NCBI GenBank assembly: GCA_030141605.1
Contig: JAQGDQ010000460.1
Span: 62,001-126,000 of the forward strand
Direction of reading: 5' to 3'
DNA length: 64,000 nt
Source of the DNA: Tubiluchus corallicola
Lineage: Eukaryota > Animalia > Priapulida
Shown here: in pieces, positions 27,301 to 37,654 of the stretch
Layout: every line of letters starts with the position of its first letter
Position numbering within the stretch: the stretch's first letter is position 1
Translations under genes and position numbers: made by a program
Notes under the pieces: generated by a model
What the model saw: the letters and a program-made list of their open reading frames with translations, nothing else
The model's database searches: none
Told to the model about the DNA's origin: nothing

Positions 27301-29570
27301 TAGAACGGATCGTCCACCATCCGGTCACAAAAAGGACATTGGTCTAACTGTCAAATATAACCTGCCTATCAACGTAAACACACTCTGACTCTGGACAATG
27401 AATTTTTTTGTTCTGTAGAACGGATCGTCCACCATCTGGTCACAAAAAGGACATTGGTCTAACTGTCAAATATAACCTGGCTATCAACATACACAAGCAA
27501 TGTTTTTTTTAACTGTCTGCACTTAAATCAAAGAAAAGCGGCTTCTGAATACACCACTTTATACTTTCTGTCTAGGTCACATTACAGTTAGGCTCTCACA
27601 ACCATAGGTAATAAATATACACTGTTCCTCATAAATAGAGATACTTACAGCACACATGATTACAAACCAGACAAAAACAGAGCCAAATTTTCTACTTCTT
27701 AATACTGCCGATACAACCTTAAATGGTTTCCAATGAAAAAGTGTAGACCAGCATCTCAATAAAGTTTTTGAAAACAAAAGGTATCACATTTAATTCTATT
27801 GAATAACCACACATTCATGAAATGCGGCAAAATTTGCAAAGCATAACAACAAAGCAATGAGGAAAACGGCTAAAAATGCGAGTCTTTGCGAGATCTTGAA
27901 AAAAAGCACCGAAAAAAACGACGGCACAGAACAAAGTAACTGCTCGGATGAAGATAGATGTACCAGATCTGTGTCACACCAAAGCGGAGCCTTTCTACGA
28001 CTCCTAATTGTGTTTAGTGAATAAACACGTCCGACCTCGGAAACTTTTCCTGGACAGAAACAGCTTATCGGGAACTAATTAGCGCCAACAAGACGTTCTT
28101 TATTTGTTTGAAATGCTTAAAGAAGCGGTAAACTTTGTCCGATCAAGCATCTAATGAATTCAGGGAAATGATGATGCAAACATCTCGAAAGCTTGGGCTC
28201 ACTATGACATGCAGGGAGCTGGAAAGGAGCCAAAAAATACAATTATTATAGCAGTGAAAGAAAGGAACTGTGTACAGATCATACAAACTCTTCAGTCTCC
28301 AAACACCGGCAGTTGTGTTAGATACTGGTGCCAAAGAAAAGCGCAGAAATTCCAATGCTACCGGTTTTTGTCCACCGCATTTAAACGTATTTACTTTATT
28401 TAGCAACCTACCTAACGGAATTGAAAAGTAAGCAGGCGGTAGGCCTGCATGTGTAGTGCAACAGCTAAGCTTGCAAACAGGTCTGTTCCCCTGCGTAGAG
28501 AGTTCATTACTGTGCTTGGCCAACAGAGATGCACAAAGTTCCAATTGCAGGAGTAGAGTTTCCAAACTTCGATAAGTTTACTCAGGATAGAACTTCAGTA
28601 GGTGCTATTTTAAGTTTGAGTAAGCCTAGCAAGAGATGCTGGGCTAATAAGACGTTCAAATTAGCCTGGATTTCTTTAGATTTAATCTGAATATCAAACA
28701 GTATATTGGAAAGCAGATAATTAGTCCACAAAAGCTGTAATCCGAAGTCGAAATTCAAAAGTGGGTAAACAGTACATGTGTTTCCTAGTGTGACCTATAA
28801 ATGAAAATTTCTCATTTTTATGGGAATCAGTTAGTATAACAACAAATTTTCCAACTGTTTTCTAATTGTAATGCTGTGAGTACTGATGTAATCATATTTT
28901 AAAAGATATGCAGAAAAAACACTATTGTTTTTTTTTTATTTTCAGGCGCATACAATTCCCAACAGTTGGTTCCAATATATAAATGAGTGTGTGTATACAG
29001 TGTTCTCTCGCTTCTTCGCGGTTCATTTATCGCGGACTCACTGTTCCGCGGGTTTTCAAAAATATCAATGTAAAAATATTGCAGGATTTTCGCTGTTTCG
29101 CGGGTTTTTGTGGTACTCCATCTAAAGTATTTTTTCACATGCGTAGTACGTATTGTACAGTAATGTACAGATTTGATGAATTTTGCATAAAAAAATCACA
29201 AAATGTATAAAAATATATTAAAAATATTAATTCTAACATTAAAAGAATATTATAAATCATAAAAAATTACCATTTACAGTGAATAGTGTATTTATTTGGT
29301 GGATGAATACACACCAAAAACAAAATGTAGTACTTGTATAGTGTCCCTACTTCGAGGAAATTCACTGATTTTGTGAGGGAGGGAAAAGTGAGGGAACACT
29401 GTATATATATTATATATACATTTCACAAGCCTGGTCAGAAACAGACATTCTAAAAAAACATTGTACCACACAGCCATACAAAAATTGCTGATTATTGTGG
29501 AGCTGGAGCTCCAAACGATCACTTTTGGAATGAAAAAGACACCGTGCACAGTACTTACCATAACGGACAT
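381..29570 (-). CDS. MTMR3/4: Myotubularin-related protein 3/4 (PI3P/PI(3,5)P2 3-phosphatase with PH-GRAM, PTP, coiled coil, FYVE); whole spliced gene, ~1029 aa
   Basis: Join on minus strand: 29570-29559, 24467-24190, 19072-18912, 18300-18204, 15792-15679, 14827-14616, 14142-14041, 13555-13444, 11431-11236, 9586-9401, 7355-7188, 6190-5231, 5073-4960, 2658-2459, 558-381. All introns GT..AG, phases agree, total 3090 nt. Motifs: [28 protein letters not shown]..RVC. The first exon is inferred. Confidence 0.93.
603..798. repeat. 39-bp minisatellite, 5 copies
   Basis: Unit ggagt(g/a)gccaattttgg(t/c)ttgcagcttcgaataaa(cc/tc).. repeated directly; two subtypes (2 + 3 copies). Confidence 0.95.
910..1372. 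mobile_element. hAT-type MITE with 8-bp TSD
   Basis: TIRs caggggtgtgcaaatt / aatttgcacaccccag; perfect TSD GCCTACGG at 902-909 and 1373-1380. Confidence 0.9.
1907..2334. mobile_element. CAGGG-terminal MITE (hAT-like), family C, copy 1
   Basis: TIRs cagggttcccac / gtgaaccctg; 5-bp TSD AACAT; homologous to 15045-15471. Confidence 0.85.
2459..2658 (-). CDS. MTMR3/4: MTMR3/4 exon (GSIPDS...RWMPDHSVSDCQGCHSRFGLITRRHHCR; first half of FYVE)
   Basis: Acceptor tttttgcag, donor AG|gtaata; WxxD and RRHHCR FYVE motifs. Confidence 0.95.
2798..3570. mobile_element. Tc1/pogo(Tigger)-like non-autonomous element
   Basis: ta|cagtcaaacc ... ggttcgactg|ca: CAGT-type TIRs with a degenerate TA target. Confidence 0.6.
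4220..4888. repeat. 61/62-bp minisatellite, 11 copies
   Basis: Unit atttaagtgctgtaactcggcattcattaggtttg(a/g)cc(a)acaagtgcagcactgtgacactt. Confidence 0.97.
4960..5073 (-). CDS. MTMR3/4: MTMR3/4 coiled-coil exon (NKIEQLQRDLQAARLLIKSMHRHSTPGSCHSHDGSEDL); absent from the ORF track
   Basis: Acceptor ctttttctag, donor TTG|gtaaga; 114 nt, phase 0-0; continues the heptad pattern of QQRLRQMESEYL. Confidence 0.9.
5231..6190 (-). CDS. MTMR3/4: MTMR3/4 large exon (VLLPSCNIQNMSFWSMAYLP, disordered linker, DGLPIVKDSVQQRLRQMESEYL)
   Basis: 960 nt open frame; acceptor tattacag, donor TTG|gtaagc; conserved TRSCDD and RTSSDPNL motifs. Confidence 0.93.
6535..6932. mobile_element. Tc1/pogo-like MITE, family D (opposite orientation to 10443-10872)
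   Basis: ta|cattcatatctcggtttgccgg ... ccggcaaacccaaggtataaatg|ta; interior matches the reverse complement of the 10.4-kb copy. Confidence 0.8.
7188..7355 (-). CDS. MTMR3/4: MTMR3/4 exon (VKLLQHVYSCLFGTFLCN...SVWSFL...FRNLLYTETEQ)
   Basis: Myotubularin YSCLFGTFLCN motif; 168 nt, phase 0-0; canonical splice sites. Confidence 0.95.
7525..8492. mobile_element. Tigger/pogo-like MITE, family A, carrying an internal (TAA)n-tailed segment
   Basis: TIRs cgtaaatcctcgcttaacgac / gtcgttaagcgaggacttattg; both ends match 20533-20822, but ~650 bp extra inside, including aataaa + (taa)n at 8110-8150. Confidence 0.75.
9401..9586 (-). CDS. MTMR3/4: MTMR3/4 exon (GFQTLVEREWLEFGHKFADRCG...[29 protein letters not shown])
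   Basis: Highly conserved myotubularin segment; 186 nt, phase 0-0. Confidence 0.96.
10443..10872. mobile_element. Tc1/pogo-like MITE, family D (partial third copy at ~16340-16530)
   Basis: TIRs tatctcggtttgc / gcaaaccgagata; interior shared with 6535-6932 and 16340-16530. Confidence 0.8.
11236..11431 (-). CDS. MTMR3/4: MTMR3/4 catalytic exon (WLSSLENTKWL...[33 protein letters not shown])
   Basis: Intact CX5R loop HCSDGWDRT; acceptor actatag, donor GAG|gtattt. Confidence 0.97.
11560..12082. mobile_element. TTAA-type (Kolobok-like) MITE, family F, degenerate copy
   Basis: Reverse-complement similarity to 23355-23882 (e.g. aactcaatctcattttaatttactgtccaaaata). Confidence 0.65.
12121..12582. 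mobile_element. Dispersed repeat family B (TTAA-flanked, Kolobok-like); other copies ~20470-21831, 21920-22235 (inverted), 31817-32245, 54415-54848 (inverted)
   Basis: Shared blocks ttgaaattttgtatcac, ggtgaatcagtggtgcacactggg and taactaagcaaaag across five loci. Confidence 0.75.
12735..13242. repeat. AT-rich satellite built from 7-mers (gttataa / gttacaa / gttacat / ttatatg), ~28-bp higher-order unit
   Basis: Direct reading: ggttataagttacaagttataattatat repeated. Confidence 0.92.
13444..13555 (-). CDS. MTMR3/4: MTMR3/4 exon (YYSNCEIQFMSLANIHAIRKSFLALRQLC)
   Basis: Conserved NIH..R.S motif; phase 1-2 fits both neighbours. Confidence 0.94.
14041..14142 (-). CDS. MTMR3/4: MTMR3/4 exon (KKLLILDARSYTAAVANRAKGGGCECA)
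   Basis: DARSYTAAVANRAKGGG signature; phase 1-1. Confidence 0.96.
14442..14626. repeat. 47-bp tandem repeat, 4 copies, overlapping an MTMR3/4 splice donor
   Basis: actaaccc at 14469, 14516, 14563 and 14610 (period 47). Confidence 0.93.
14616..14827 (-). CDS. MTMR3/4: MTMR3/4 exon (HQRTGAVICRCSQPEVGWLGWRSTQDENLLKAI...NGDV)
   Basis: RCSQPE.GW.GWR motif; donor GTGG|gttagt gives the required phase 1. Confidence 0.92.
15045..15471. mobile_element. CAGGG-terminal MITE (hAT-like), family C, copy 2
   Basis: TIRs cagggttcccac / gtggaaaccctg; 6-bp TSD TGTTTA. Confidence 0.85.
15679..15792 (-). CDS. MTMR3/4: MTMR3/4 exon (LCSSYPKYHIIPSCINDADLELVASFRALHRIPSVVWR)
   Basis: Conserved LC.SYP and FR...RIP motifs; phase 2-2. 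Confidence 0.95.
16900..18032. repeat. Minisatellite: ~15 copies of a ~55-bp constant core separated by variable C/CA-rich spacers
   Basis: Core cacgatcactaaatactttatgccagaaaggagaaaggaggcactaaaaactgtgag. Confidence 0.95.
18204..18300 (-). CDS. MTMR3/4: MTMR3/4 exon (MPYDFYIEYERMGFNKCQSNTWRICELNSNYK)
   Basis: E..RMG...WR...N..Y motif; phase 1-2. Confidence 0.92.
18668..18745 (+). mobile_element. Degenerate tRNA-derived SINE head (a similar one on the minus strand at ~26095-26155)
   Basis: A-box-like tggtaggtgaggtgg and B-box ggttcaaatc at tRNA spacing; no complete cloverleaf. Confidence 0.4.
18912..19072 (-). CDS. MTMR3/4: MTMR3/4 exon (CLFGQQLKDQCLEWQNHI...EDYFAFAFYTWC...)
   Basis: End of PH-GRAM (C.EW, ED.FAFA..W); phase 2-1. 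Confidence 0.92.
19250..19655. repeat. ~28-bp minisatellite (gagcatgacacctgtgtgattaaacaat), ~14 copies
   Basis: Direct tandem repeats, more diverged at the left end. Confidence 0.92.
20533..20822. mobile_element. Tigger/pogo-like MITE, family A, TA TSD, inserted in a family B element (further partial copy 49201-49270)
   Basis: ta|cagtatgtcctcgtttaacg ... gttaagcgaggacttactg|ta. Confidence 0.85.
21161..21446. repeat. Compound (CTA)n/(CTG)n microsatellite, probably the tail of a retroposed insert starting ~20850
   Basis: Follows caataaat; interrupts a family B element. Confidence 0.9.
22283..22500. repeat. ~50-58-bp tandem repeat, 4 copies
   Basis: gggatctaactgtgacccctcagcca(t)agataat..gcagtgct(c/t)gct(a/g)tgga. 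Confidence 0.88.
23355..23882. mobile_element. Kolobok-like MITE, family F, TTAA TSD
   Basis: ttaa|aggaaaaccg ... cggttttcct|ttaa. Confidence 0.8.
24190..24467 (-). CDS. MTMR3/4: MTMR3/4 PH-GRAM exon (LENGDDDGEAPSLECI...[10 protein letters not shown]...VNVPLGLIDSVE...KDGRSFR)
   Basis: Matches the MTMR3/4 N-terminus (SLECI, [14 protein letters not shown].SVE); acceptor ctttcag, donor AG|gtaggt. Confidence 0.94.
27260..27490. repeat. 115-bp tandem duplication
   Basis: taaacacactc(c/t)gactctggacaatg...ggtctaactgtcaaatataacctg occurs twice. Confidence 0.9.
28998..29401. mobile_element. Tigger-like MITE, family E, TA TSD (one-ended copy at ~8947-9025)
   Basis: ta|cagtgttctctc ... gagggaacactg|ta. 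Confidence 0.85.
29559..29570 (-). CDS. MTMR3/4: Probable MTMR3/4 start-codon exon end (MSVM); the exon may begin at a strong acceptor at 30197
   Basis: Minus strand reads agcaccATG TCC GTT ATG|gtaagt: good Kozak context, consensus donor, phase 0 as the 24467 exon requires. Confidence 0.6.
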
Positions 29571-31059
29571 GGTGCTAGACTGCTAGATCCTAGCACTGCC
29601 GTTTTCGCTTTATTTCTAACAATGCCGTTTTCTCCCACGATTTTTGCACTGCCGCTTACGATGTCTAAACACACCTTCCAGATTCGAACACGGCTTTTTT
29701 AATTATCAACTTTCAAAAATCAAGAGCCACGTTTCTGAAGAACTGGTTCCGAGGTGAAGCACAATATTCAAATCAGCGGAGTGGTCAAATTGAGCACTAC
29801 TCTAACATCCAACTATGTTATCAATCGGTTCTAGCGCTGCTGCAAACAAACTCTTGTAATGATCCTCAAACTTCAAAGTTGCAGTTTTTGAATTTTGCTC
29901 TAACGGTTTACAAAATTGTACAGCTGTAATCACTAAATGGCTGCCTCGAACGCTTTTTCAGAAAAAATACTCTAGGCTTTTTTTAGATTTTAGGACCGAC
30001 TGTTGCTTCCAGTTTGAAACTGTAGGTATCAGATGCTATCACTGCTCTTGTAACATCCTGGCATCGCTGCCTCAATGATTCGCAAACTGCCATATTCTAC
30101 CATCACAACCTTTCTTGTTGTTTCCAGACAGTTTAATAGGGTGTGTTAAGTTAGGCTCCAAAGTTTATCCGATTAAATTCAGACACTCCTCTGCATTCTG
30201 CAAAGTGAAAACAACAAAATTTTAATGATTCATAACTCACCTTTAAATTATCTGTTAGCTCAGACTACTGATATATGCCAAAATTCAGCAGAACTTAGAA
30301 AGATTACTGCGATTTGAATCAAACATTAGAGGTAGAGTTACAGCCCACATTAGAAAAGACAGAGCTAAAGAAATTATGTTTCAAATTTTACTCAAATTCA
30401 GTTCGTCTAACTGTCAACTATAATCCAGCCATCAACGTACACAAGCAATGTTTTTTCAAACTGTCTGCACCAAAATCAAACAACAGGGGTTACTGAATAC
30501 ACCTCTCTATACTTTCTGTCTCGTTAGACACAACTAGGGTCTCACAACTGTATGTACAAATTCAGACGGCTCCTCATAAAAAGAGATACCTACAGCGTAC
30601 ATTATCACAAAATCATCTAAATCCAGCCCGCACTGTTTTTATGTACACACTGCTATCAGCCTGCGTAAGTCTAACTATTCTACAGTATAGAGTAAATATA
30701 GGCCGATTAAAGTACATCAAGGACCTAGATTTTGGAACCAGTCCCAGATTTACATAGCGTTATTAACCCTCGCACTAGCAAACGCCAACGGGGAGAATGT
30801 GATACCAAAACACTTATAAAAACATTCCAGTAGGCAGCATAGATCTATGCACACGAGTTCAAGGCAAACAGACAATTTGTATCAAGCAATCAGCCTGCAA
30901 TTCTACCCAAGTACTGCCAAAACATTCGTGCACTCTTTCCCCTAGGCCTAGATGTACAAGCCTAAAGAAAACAGTACTTTCCTAATTTATAAGCTGTCGA
31001 GCTCTACTAGAATGGCCAACGCTATCGCACAAGAAAACTCAACATTGAACTATATGATA

Positions 31060-31575
31060 ATATATATATATATATATATATAATAATCTTAATTTGCCAT
31101 AAAAAATCGATATTCTTAATTATATAAGCATAAAAGAACATCACAGCATAAGAATAAAATTCATACAACTGTTAAAGGCAAATGCGTCCAGTGCAAAGTA
31201 AAAACTACTATGCCAAAAATTTAAAACAAAATATACATTATAATGTTACACGCAAATTATAATAGACTATATACAATATATACATGTAATTTGCGGATGA
31301 ATATATATTATCGTTTACGTATGTAGGGTTTTCAAAACGATTTAATGGTATGTATTTTTAATTTTGATGTGAATTCGTCGAAAGACTTGATTTGTTTTAA
31401 ATTTGATTGGCAGGGTATTCCAAAGTTGAACTCCTTGTTTAGTGATAGAATTGTTGCCGTATTTGTTTCATATTGTGTGTTCTTGGATTTAATATTGGCT
31501 CCAAGAGGAGTGGAAGCTTATTTTTGATGAAGGGCATGTTAATATTGTTGATGTATTTATATAAAAACAGGATTG
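31060..31575 (-). mobile_element. L2/CR1-group LINE 3' remnant (second copy 44440-44955)
   Basis: Minus-strand frame gives ..TKQGVQLWNTLP.., typical of the end of CR1/L2 ORF2; microsatellite tail; ~500 bp shared with 44.4-45.0 kb. Confidence 0.7.
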
Positions 31576-32532
31576 TGTAGAAGTCTTTATTGTGTGTAAG
31601 CCCTCCACCCTTGCCAGTTGAATGCCAAGTCATAGTGATTCACAGTTTTACGAGTTTTCCGAACAGTGCCATATGAATTTATGTTTTTGGCGTGAAGGAA
31701 TTAAAAATCATAACAATGTTAAACAGCTGCATTGGCGCCAAAATTGGAACTCCCCTTTCTTACAGAAGATGTCAGCAAATCCTCATATCTTTCTCTAGAG
31801 TATGATTCCTTTAGTTTAAAGCATAAGAAAACACTCGTCATAAATAAACCTTAAAAAATTGTCTTGAAATTTTATATCACTTACATGCTGTGTTATTGCA
31901 TATAGAGCCTGGGTTAGCAGTAACGCTGTATGGAACTTCTGCGATGACCATTTAAGTGCAACCGTTTAACGCAAGTCGTTCGAAACAAGTTTAGATGATA
32001 AAAGACACTCTTTACTAACTAAGCAAAAGTACAAATTACTTTATCTTGTCAGTAAGATCAATAATGTGTTTTTTTGGTGAATCAGTGGTGCACGCTGGGA
32101 TAGCGATCTGTGCTGTTTTACCAGTTGACACGATTATTTTAAATTATTAAGAATATGTAAAAAAACCTTCTTTTCTAGTTACGCAAATCTTTCAATCAGG
32201 TAAGCACAATGCTAAGTAATATAACTTCGTATGGCAACTTCTTTGGGTCGGCCAAAATACCCCTTAAAAGAAACCGAATTCACTAAAAATCAGGGCAAAT
32301 TTCATAGGATTCACAACTTCTTTGGCCGACATACTTCAAGACACCCCTTAAAAGAAACCGAATTCACTAAAAATCAGGGCGAATTTAATAGGATTCACAT
32401 CGCACTTTGCTACCCATTTTCTTACATTTGCGAACCATTCATTTTGCCTAGCATTAGGTGTGTTTAGCAGGAAATGCAGAGTGTATTTATTCTTTATGTA
32501 ACCACTCAAAAGATCTCAAATGACCATAATAC

Positions 32533-32574
<42 letters not shown>

Positions 32575-33169
32575 CATTCCAAAATGTGCTGTGTGTTTAC
32601 GAGTGTAATTTGTGAAATGTAATGAGCAACTACAGCAGTCATTTGTCATGACTGCAAAGTTTCTTAAGTTTTCCTCTCTTTGGCTATAATAAGTGAAGAC
32701 AGAAAACCAATTTTGAGTTTATTAGCACAACCAATATTAGCCACTTTACAAAATTGGCAACAGCAGGAATCACCAGAAATAAACAATAAACAGGAGTGAC
32801 CAGATTCCTAAACACTAGAAGGACGGCGTGCATCAATGGATGCATTTTTTTCTATTTAATATTTATCTCAGGGAGGATATGTTCCTATTTTTATTACTTT
32901 TCAAAGTTTAGTGCTAACTACTAATGCACAGAATTTTAGGATTGAAATGTCACTTTCACCTTGTTAAAAATAAGCTACTACCATCTGCACCAAAACTGTA
33001 AATCATCAAAATGTATTGACATCACAATGGTAAATGTGAATCTTAAATCTGTGAACACACATCAGTGAATGTAAATTGGCAAATTCGTTTCGTCATCACA
33101 TTATGACTTAAGAGCTTGTAGTCTGAACTTTCTTGACTATCAGTTTTGTAGTTAGAACACCAGGCTGGA

Positions 33170-33712
33170 ATCCTTGTCTTGTAACTTTGATTGACTGTGT
33201 TGAAAATGTCCAAAGATACTTCACTAGATGTTTATGTAGAACGTGTAACATAAACTATACAGATTACTTTCATAGACTACAAATTCTTAAGTTACGGCCA
33301 TTACAAATACGAAGGTTAATTTTTGACCTAAAAATGGTTTACAAAATTTGTAATAATCGTATAAGATTACTGTTTCATCAATTGTTTGGGGTGTATGCGC
33401 CCCATTTTGGGCTCAGTAGACATGACTTGATATTATATAAAACCTACTGCAGACAGAATATTTGCAAATTCTCTTTTTGTAACAGAATCGTAGATATTTA
33501 GAATTCTTTATGACACAGTTGATGTCTCTAACATTAAAGATCTTACATCATTGTTAGAGAATGTAAACTTGTTTCAACATTGTAAATTTGATAATTTGAT
33601 CGTAACTTGTTAACTAAGAGCCACCTATAAGTGCTCTGCCTGGGTGGCTTCTCCTTTTTCTCTCATATTACATTGTAATACTATTTTGAAAAGAATAAAT
33701 CAATCAATCAAA
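33170..33712 (+). mobile_element. CR1-type LINE 3' remnant
   Basis: VENVQRYFTR..YFHRLQILKLRPLQIRRLIFDLKMVYKI..FSFCNRIVD, typical of the CR1 RT C-terminus; aataaa(tcaa)n tail. Confidence 0.85.
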
Positions 33713-34987
33713 AAATGTGCAGTTAGGCGAAGCATCATACTTGTACTGTCTAAATTGCTTCAGTTTTATACGAACTCAATTAATTTTATGATGTATCATT
33801 GAATTTCAATAAAATCTGACTGTTAACTACTAGTTTTATTTTTGAATAATTGACGCATGTCGGACTTTCTACTTTTCCTGTCCTTGTAGTGGTAAAAGAC
33901 AGCTGAAAATGGCGACAATGTAAACACATTTATCAGATATCCGGATATTTCGTATACCGTTCATATAAACAAGCCAACAAGAATAGTTGCAGAAAGAATA
34001 ACGCAATGGTGCAGGTTGGATAAATGGGTTCATTGAAAAAAACGATACAAAGGTACAACAATAACTCAAAATGCAATAAACGCCGCTTTAGTGTCAACTG
34101 TAGACCCATTTGGCAACACGATATATGCTCACAACAGGTAGTAAAATTAAAAGCCTATCTAACTTAAATTTCGCTCAGTACAATAAATAATTTAATAGAG
34201 GGTGCCAGCGAAAACACTTTGAAATGTACCAACGTGAAAACAGACAAACTTATAAAAATCACCAGTTATGTGCATTACGGACTGACAAAGAAGTGGACAG
34301 CATTTATTCATTTCATAAAATACACCCTGGCAAGTCGCTGCAAATCAAATTTGAAAATTAAATTCGTCCCTGAAGATGGTAAATAATAATACAATATAGC
34401 TAGATTGCTTTTTGGATTAGAAATTTATATAAAATAATTAAGGAAATTTTTAAAAACTTCAAATTTTTAAATGAGCTTCAAATATCAAACTTGAGTTTTA
34501 GTTAGCACATCTCTCTGTTTTTTGCAGTTGTGGTTGTAATCTAGCTAGCTTTACGATTCCAGTTTTTGCATACTTGCATTAAAATGCTTAAGGCAGCTAT
34601 GCACTATATGAAAAAGAGACACACTACGTTCTTAGTTGCAAACAGATCCAATGCAAATCTTAATTACTTTCCATTTTAGAAACAGATCCCAAATTCAAGG
34701 GCAATGAAGTGCCCCGCGCCGCATTCCAATCAGTCCAGTGGAATGTATTCTGCATGCTTAAACCTTAACAACAAGTGTACTTTGTACAGCACTTACAATA
34801 AGGCTGTTTTGACATTATTTATTCTGCCCGGGTGACTTACAAACTCTGCCAATGCTAACCAGAGCAGAACCAAATACTGAGAAAGAAGAAGGAGTAAATA
34901 GATTTAATACTGCAATGCCTATATAGGTAGCTAAGCCAAATAATTTTAAAATGCTCTATGTACAGTATTTACTTGACAGATGTCACC

Positions 34988-35716
34988 GAGGGATGTTACC
35001 AAAACGAATTTTCACTTCGGTTTGCCGATAATTGCTCTTTCGGTTAAGTTTCCGGATGATTTTCGTTAACATTTTTCAGAAGTTTTACTACTATTTATCC
35101 AATTTTCCTCTTTTCTCCTAGATGTCAAAAACTAGAACAAAAGCTAAATTAGTTCAAATAAAGCAAAAAATTTCGTTTACATAACAGTTTGTGACGTGCT
35201 TTTACCGGCAATGCGGCACATCTTCAGTGCTGACGACTGTGAAGTTTTTTGGTCTCCAGGCCCAATCAACCAAAATATCAAATCACGTTTGAATTTAATT
35301 GTGCAAAATCATGTTTAATTTTATAACTTATGAAATATACGCAATAAAATATCTGCAAAATAAAGTTTCTTTATTTTAATGAAGCATTATGATCTTTAAA
35401 CGTTAATCATCAAGGATATTAAATCCAAAAACATTATAACACATTTTCTAATGTAAGCCACTCCATTTGAGGTTCGATACCATAAACGTCCTTGTCCTTT
35501 TTGTATTAAAATTTTTATCAGTAATTTTGCACCACCGCAAATAAAAGCAAACAAACAAAAAACAAAATATTATTTTGCTCATTTTAGAATTTTCTCTTTT
35601 TTTCAGTTTTAATAGGTTTTGCAAAACGTTTCGACTCGGTTTCGTTTCGGTATCCGTTTCTATGTTACATAAATTTCGGTTTTTGGTTTGCAAATTCAGT
35701 TTCGTTAACATCCCTG
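34988..35716. mobile_element. hAT-type MITE, family G (partial second copy ~38705-39210)
   Basis: TIRs gagggatgttacc / gttaacatccctg; 8-bp TSD ATGTCACC vs ATGACACC (one mismatch). Confidence 0.8.
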
Positions 35717-37248
35717 ATGACACCTCATCTATCAAATTACAAACAGGACAAAAATTGCAAAGAAATCACTTCAATAAGAAAAGCTTTCACATTAAATTTG
35801 TTAACAGTCACTCATTAGTTAGCAATTCAACAACTAAACAAAACAAGTAAACGATTAATCTATGCTCAAATATAAAGGACAAGTATGTAAAAAAATAAAG
35901 AAATACATAAATAACAATTCTAGAAACATTAAAAAACCTAGCAAAGGCCCCGCAAAAATTTTGCATATAATGCACTTATAATCGATAATGAGCGAACATC
36001 CTACATAGTGTTCATTCATAATTACCTAACTCAGAGCCAGCAGCAGCTTTTACTGAAGCAAAGTTATAGGCGGAGTACAATGGAATGACGTAAGAACAAT
36101 GTAAATCATTGTAGCTTCTAAGCGAGAACCATCCAAAGTGGAACTTGTTGCTGCTCCTCCTGGTGGAGGCACATTCAAACGAGACCCAAACCATGTTGCA
36201 ACCCTATTCCTTGTCCTTCTAAAGAGTCATGCATCTCCTTCGAATTTAGTCAAAATTTGCAAAAATCGGAGTTAGGTCCGGGAAAACGCCCGTTACGGAC
36301 TGCTATGGTCATCCCGCGAATTCTAAATATGCTTACTACACCCACCACCGAATGGGCTATTTAGCCATTACCAGCACCCTCGGCCCATTCACCAGACAGA
36401 AGAGCTGAAAACTTTTGCAAAAAAACAGGCCCGAAAAATGCCCGGTGGGCCCAAATCAAAAAATAAACCCCAAATGAGGTGACACTAGATCGAGGTCTTT
36501 CGTTTGATAAATAGATCACCGCAAACGGTGCCGTCGCTGGAACTGTGCTTACTCTGTCCTGACAACTTACCATATATACTATTAATCAATTTATACAATC
36601 TTTCAATTCAATTCAATTTTATTTCTTAATTCCGCAAGAATTATCACATTACTGTATAAACAATACATGCAATAATATGTCTGAAGCAAAGGTGAAGGGC
36701 GGTGAAGAACCAGTAGGTTATCTAGTCAGCCACCCTTAAATAGCCAGGATTAGATGAAATTAATTTTGGCACTTTTCACAATCTAAATTTATATTAGGCT
36801 GACGTGTGTAATTGGCAATTAAATGATGGGAAACGCAATACTGTAGAACATAATAAAAATGATTTAAAAAACCAAATTTTACAATTCTGTGAACTACTGT
36901 AAATCGTGCGAAGCAAACAAAAGAAAAATATCTTGAAATTTTAGCATAACAGAAAATGCATAATTTCAGCATTATTTTCAGAATCAGGCAAAAACAAAAA
37001 AAAAAACAGTAGAATGATCAACCAAAGATGTCGAGAAAAAGAACATAATAAATGAAACCAAAGAAAAACTAGGCTAAATGTAAATCATACAAAAACGAAA
37101 GCGAACAAAAGAAATTGTTTGTACATAAGCTCTTGTTGATAATGCTGTTAAAATGAGTACTTGCTTTCATGTATACAAACTCTGTATCTGACGGGAGGAT
37201 AGAAATTCAAACATACAAAACATAAAATCATTACCCGATTGTATAGAC

Positions 37249-37654
37249 CAGTGGTTCTTAACATTTTTCACTGCTGGTACCACCTGAAGGAGAACAAAGT
37301 CGTCCGGTACCCCTTGTAGAAATTTACAAGGGGTATGTGTATATAGGAACAAAATAGGTTTTTTAAACACAGCTTTTCATTCGTTCTGCTCGCCAAAATA
37401 AAAAAACAAAAACAATTATTAAGACAACATTTATCAAACCCATTTACCTATTTAATAAAAGTATATTTTAACAGCATTTTAACGATTGGGGCCAGGGTTC
37501 AACTACTTTATCCTCTTCGTTTAGCTTTGATACATATCTTATTTGAGTCGCTCTCAGGGCAAAATTTTTGATAAACCAGATCTGTGTTTAGTACCCCCTG
37601 GGAAGGCGTTTGCTATCCCCAGGAGGTACCAGGACCCCTGGTTAAGAACCACTG
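37249..37654. mobile_element. hAT/Charlie-like MITE
   Basis: TIRs cagtggttcttaac / gttaagaaccactg; degenerate 8-bp TSD GTATAGAC / GTACAGAT. Confidence 0.82.

Noticed and set aside
28143-28565. 140-aa minus-strand ORF
   Set aside because: No true ATG start, no motif, and no compatible splice donor to MTMR3/4.
33133-33501. 122-aa ORF as a host gene
   Set aside because: Truncated CR1 LINE ORF2 C-terminus with a LINE-type tail.
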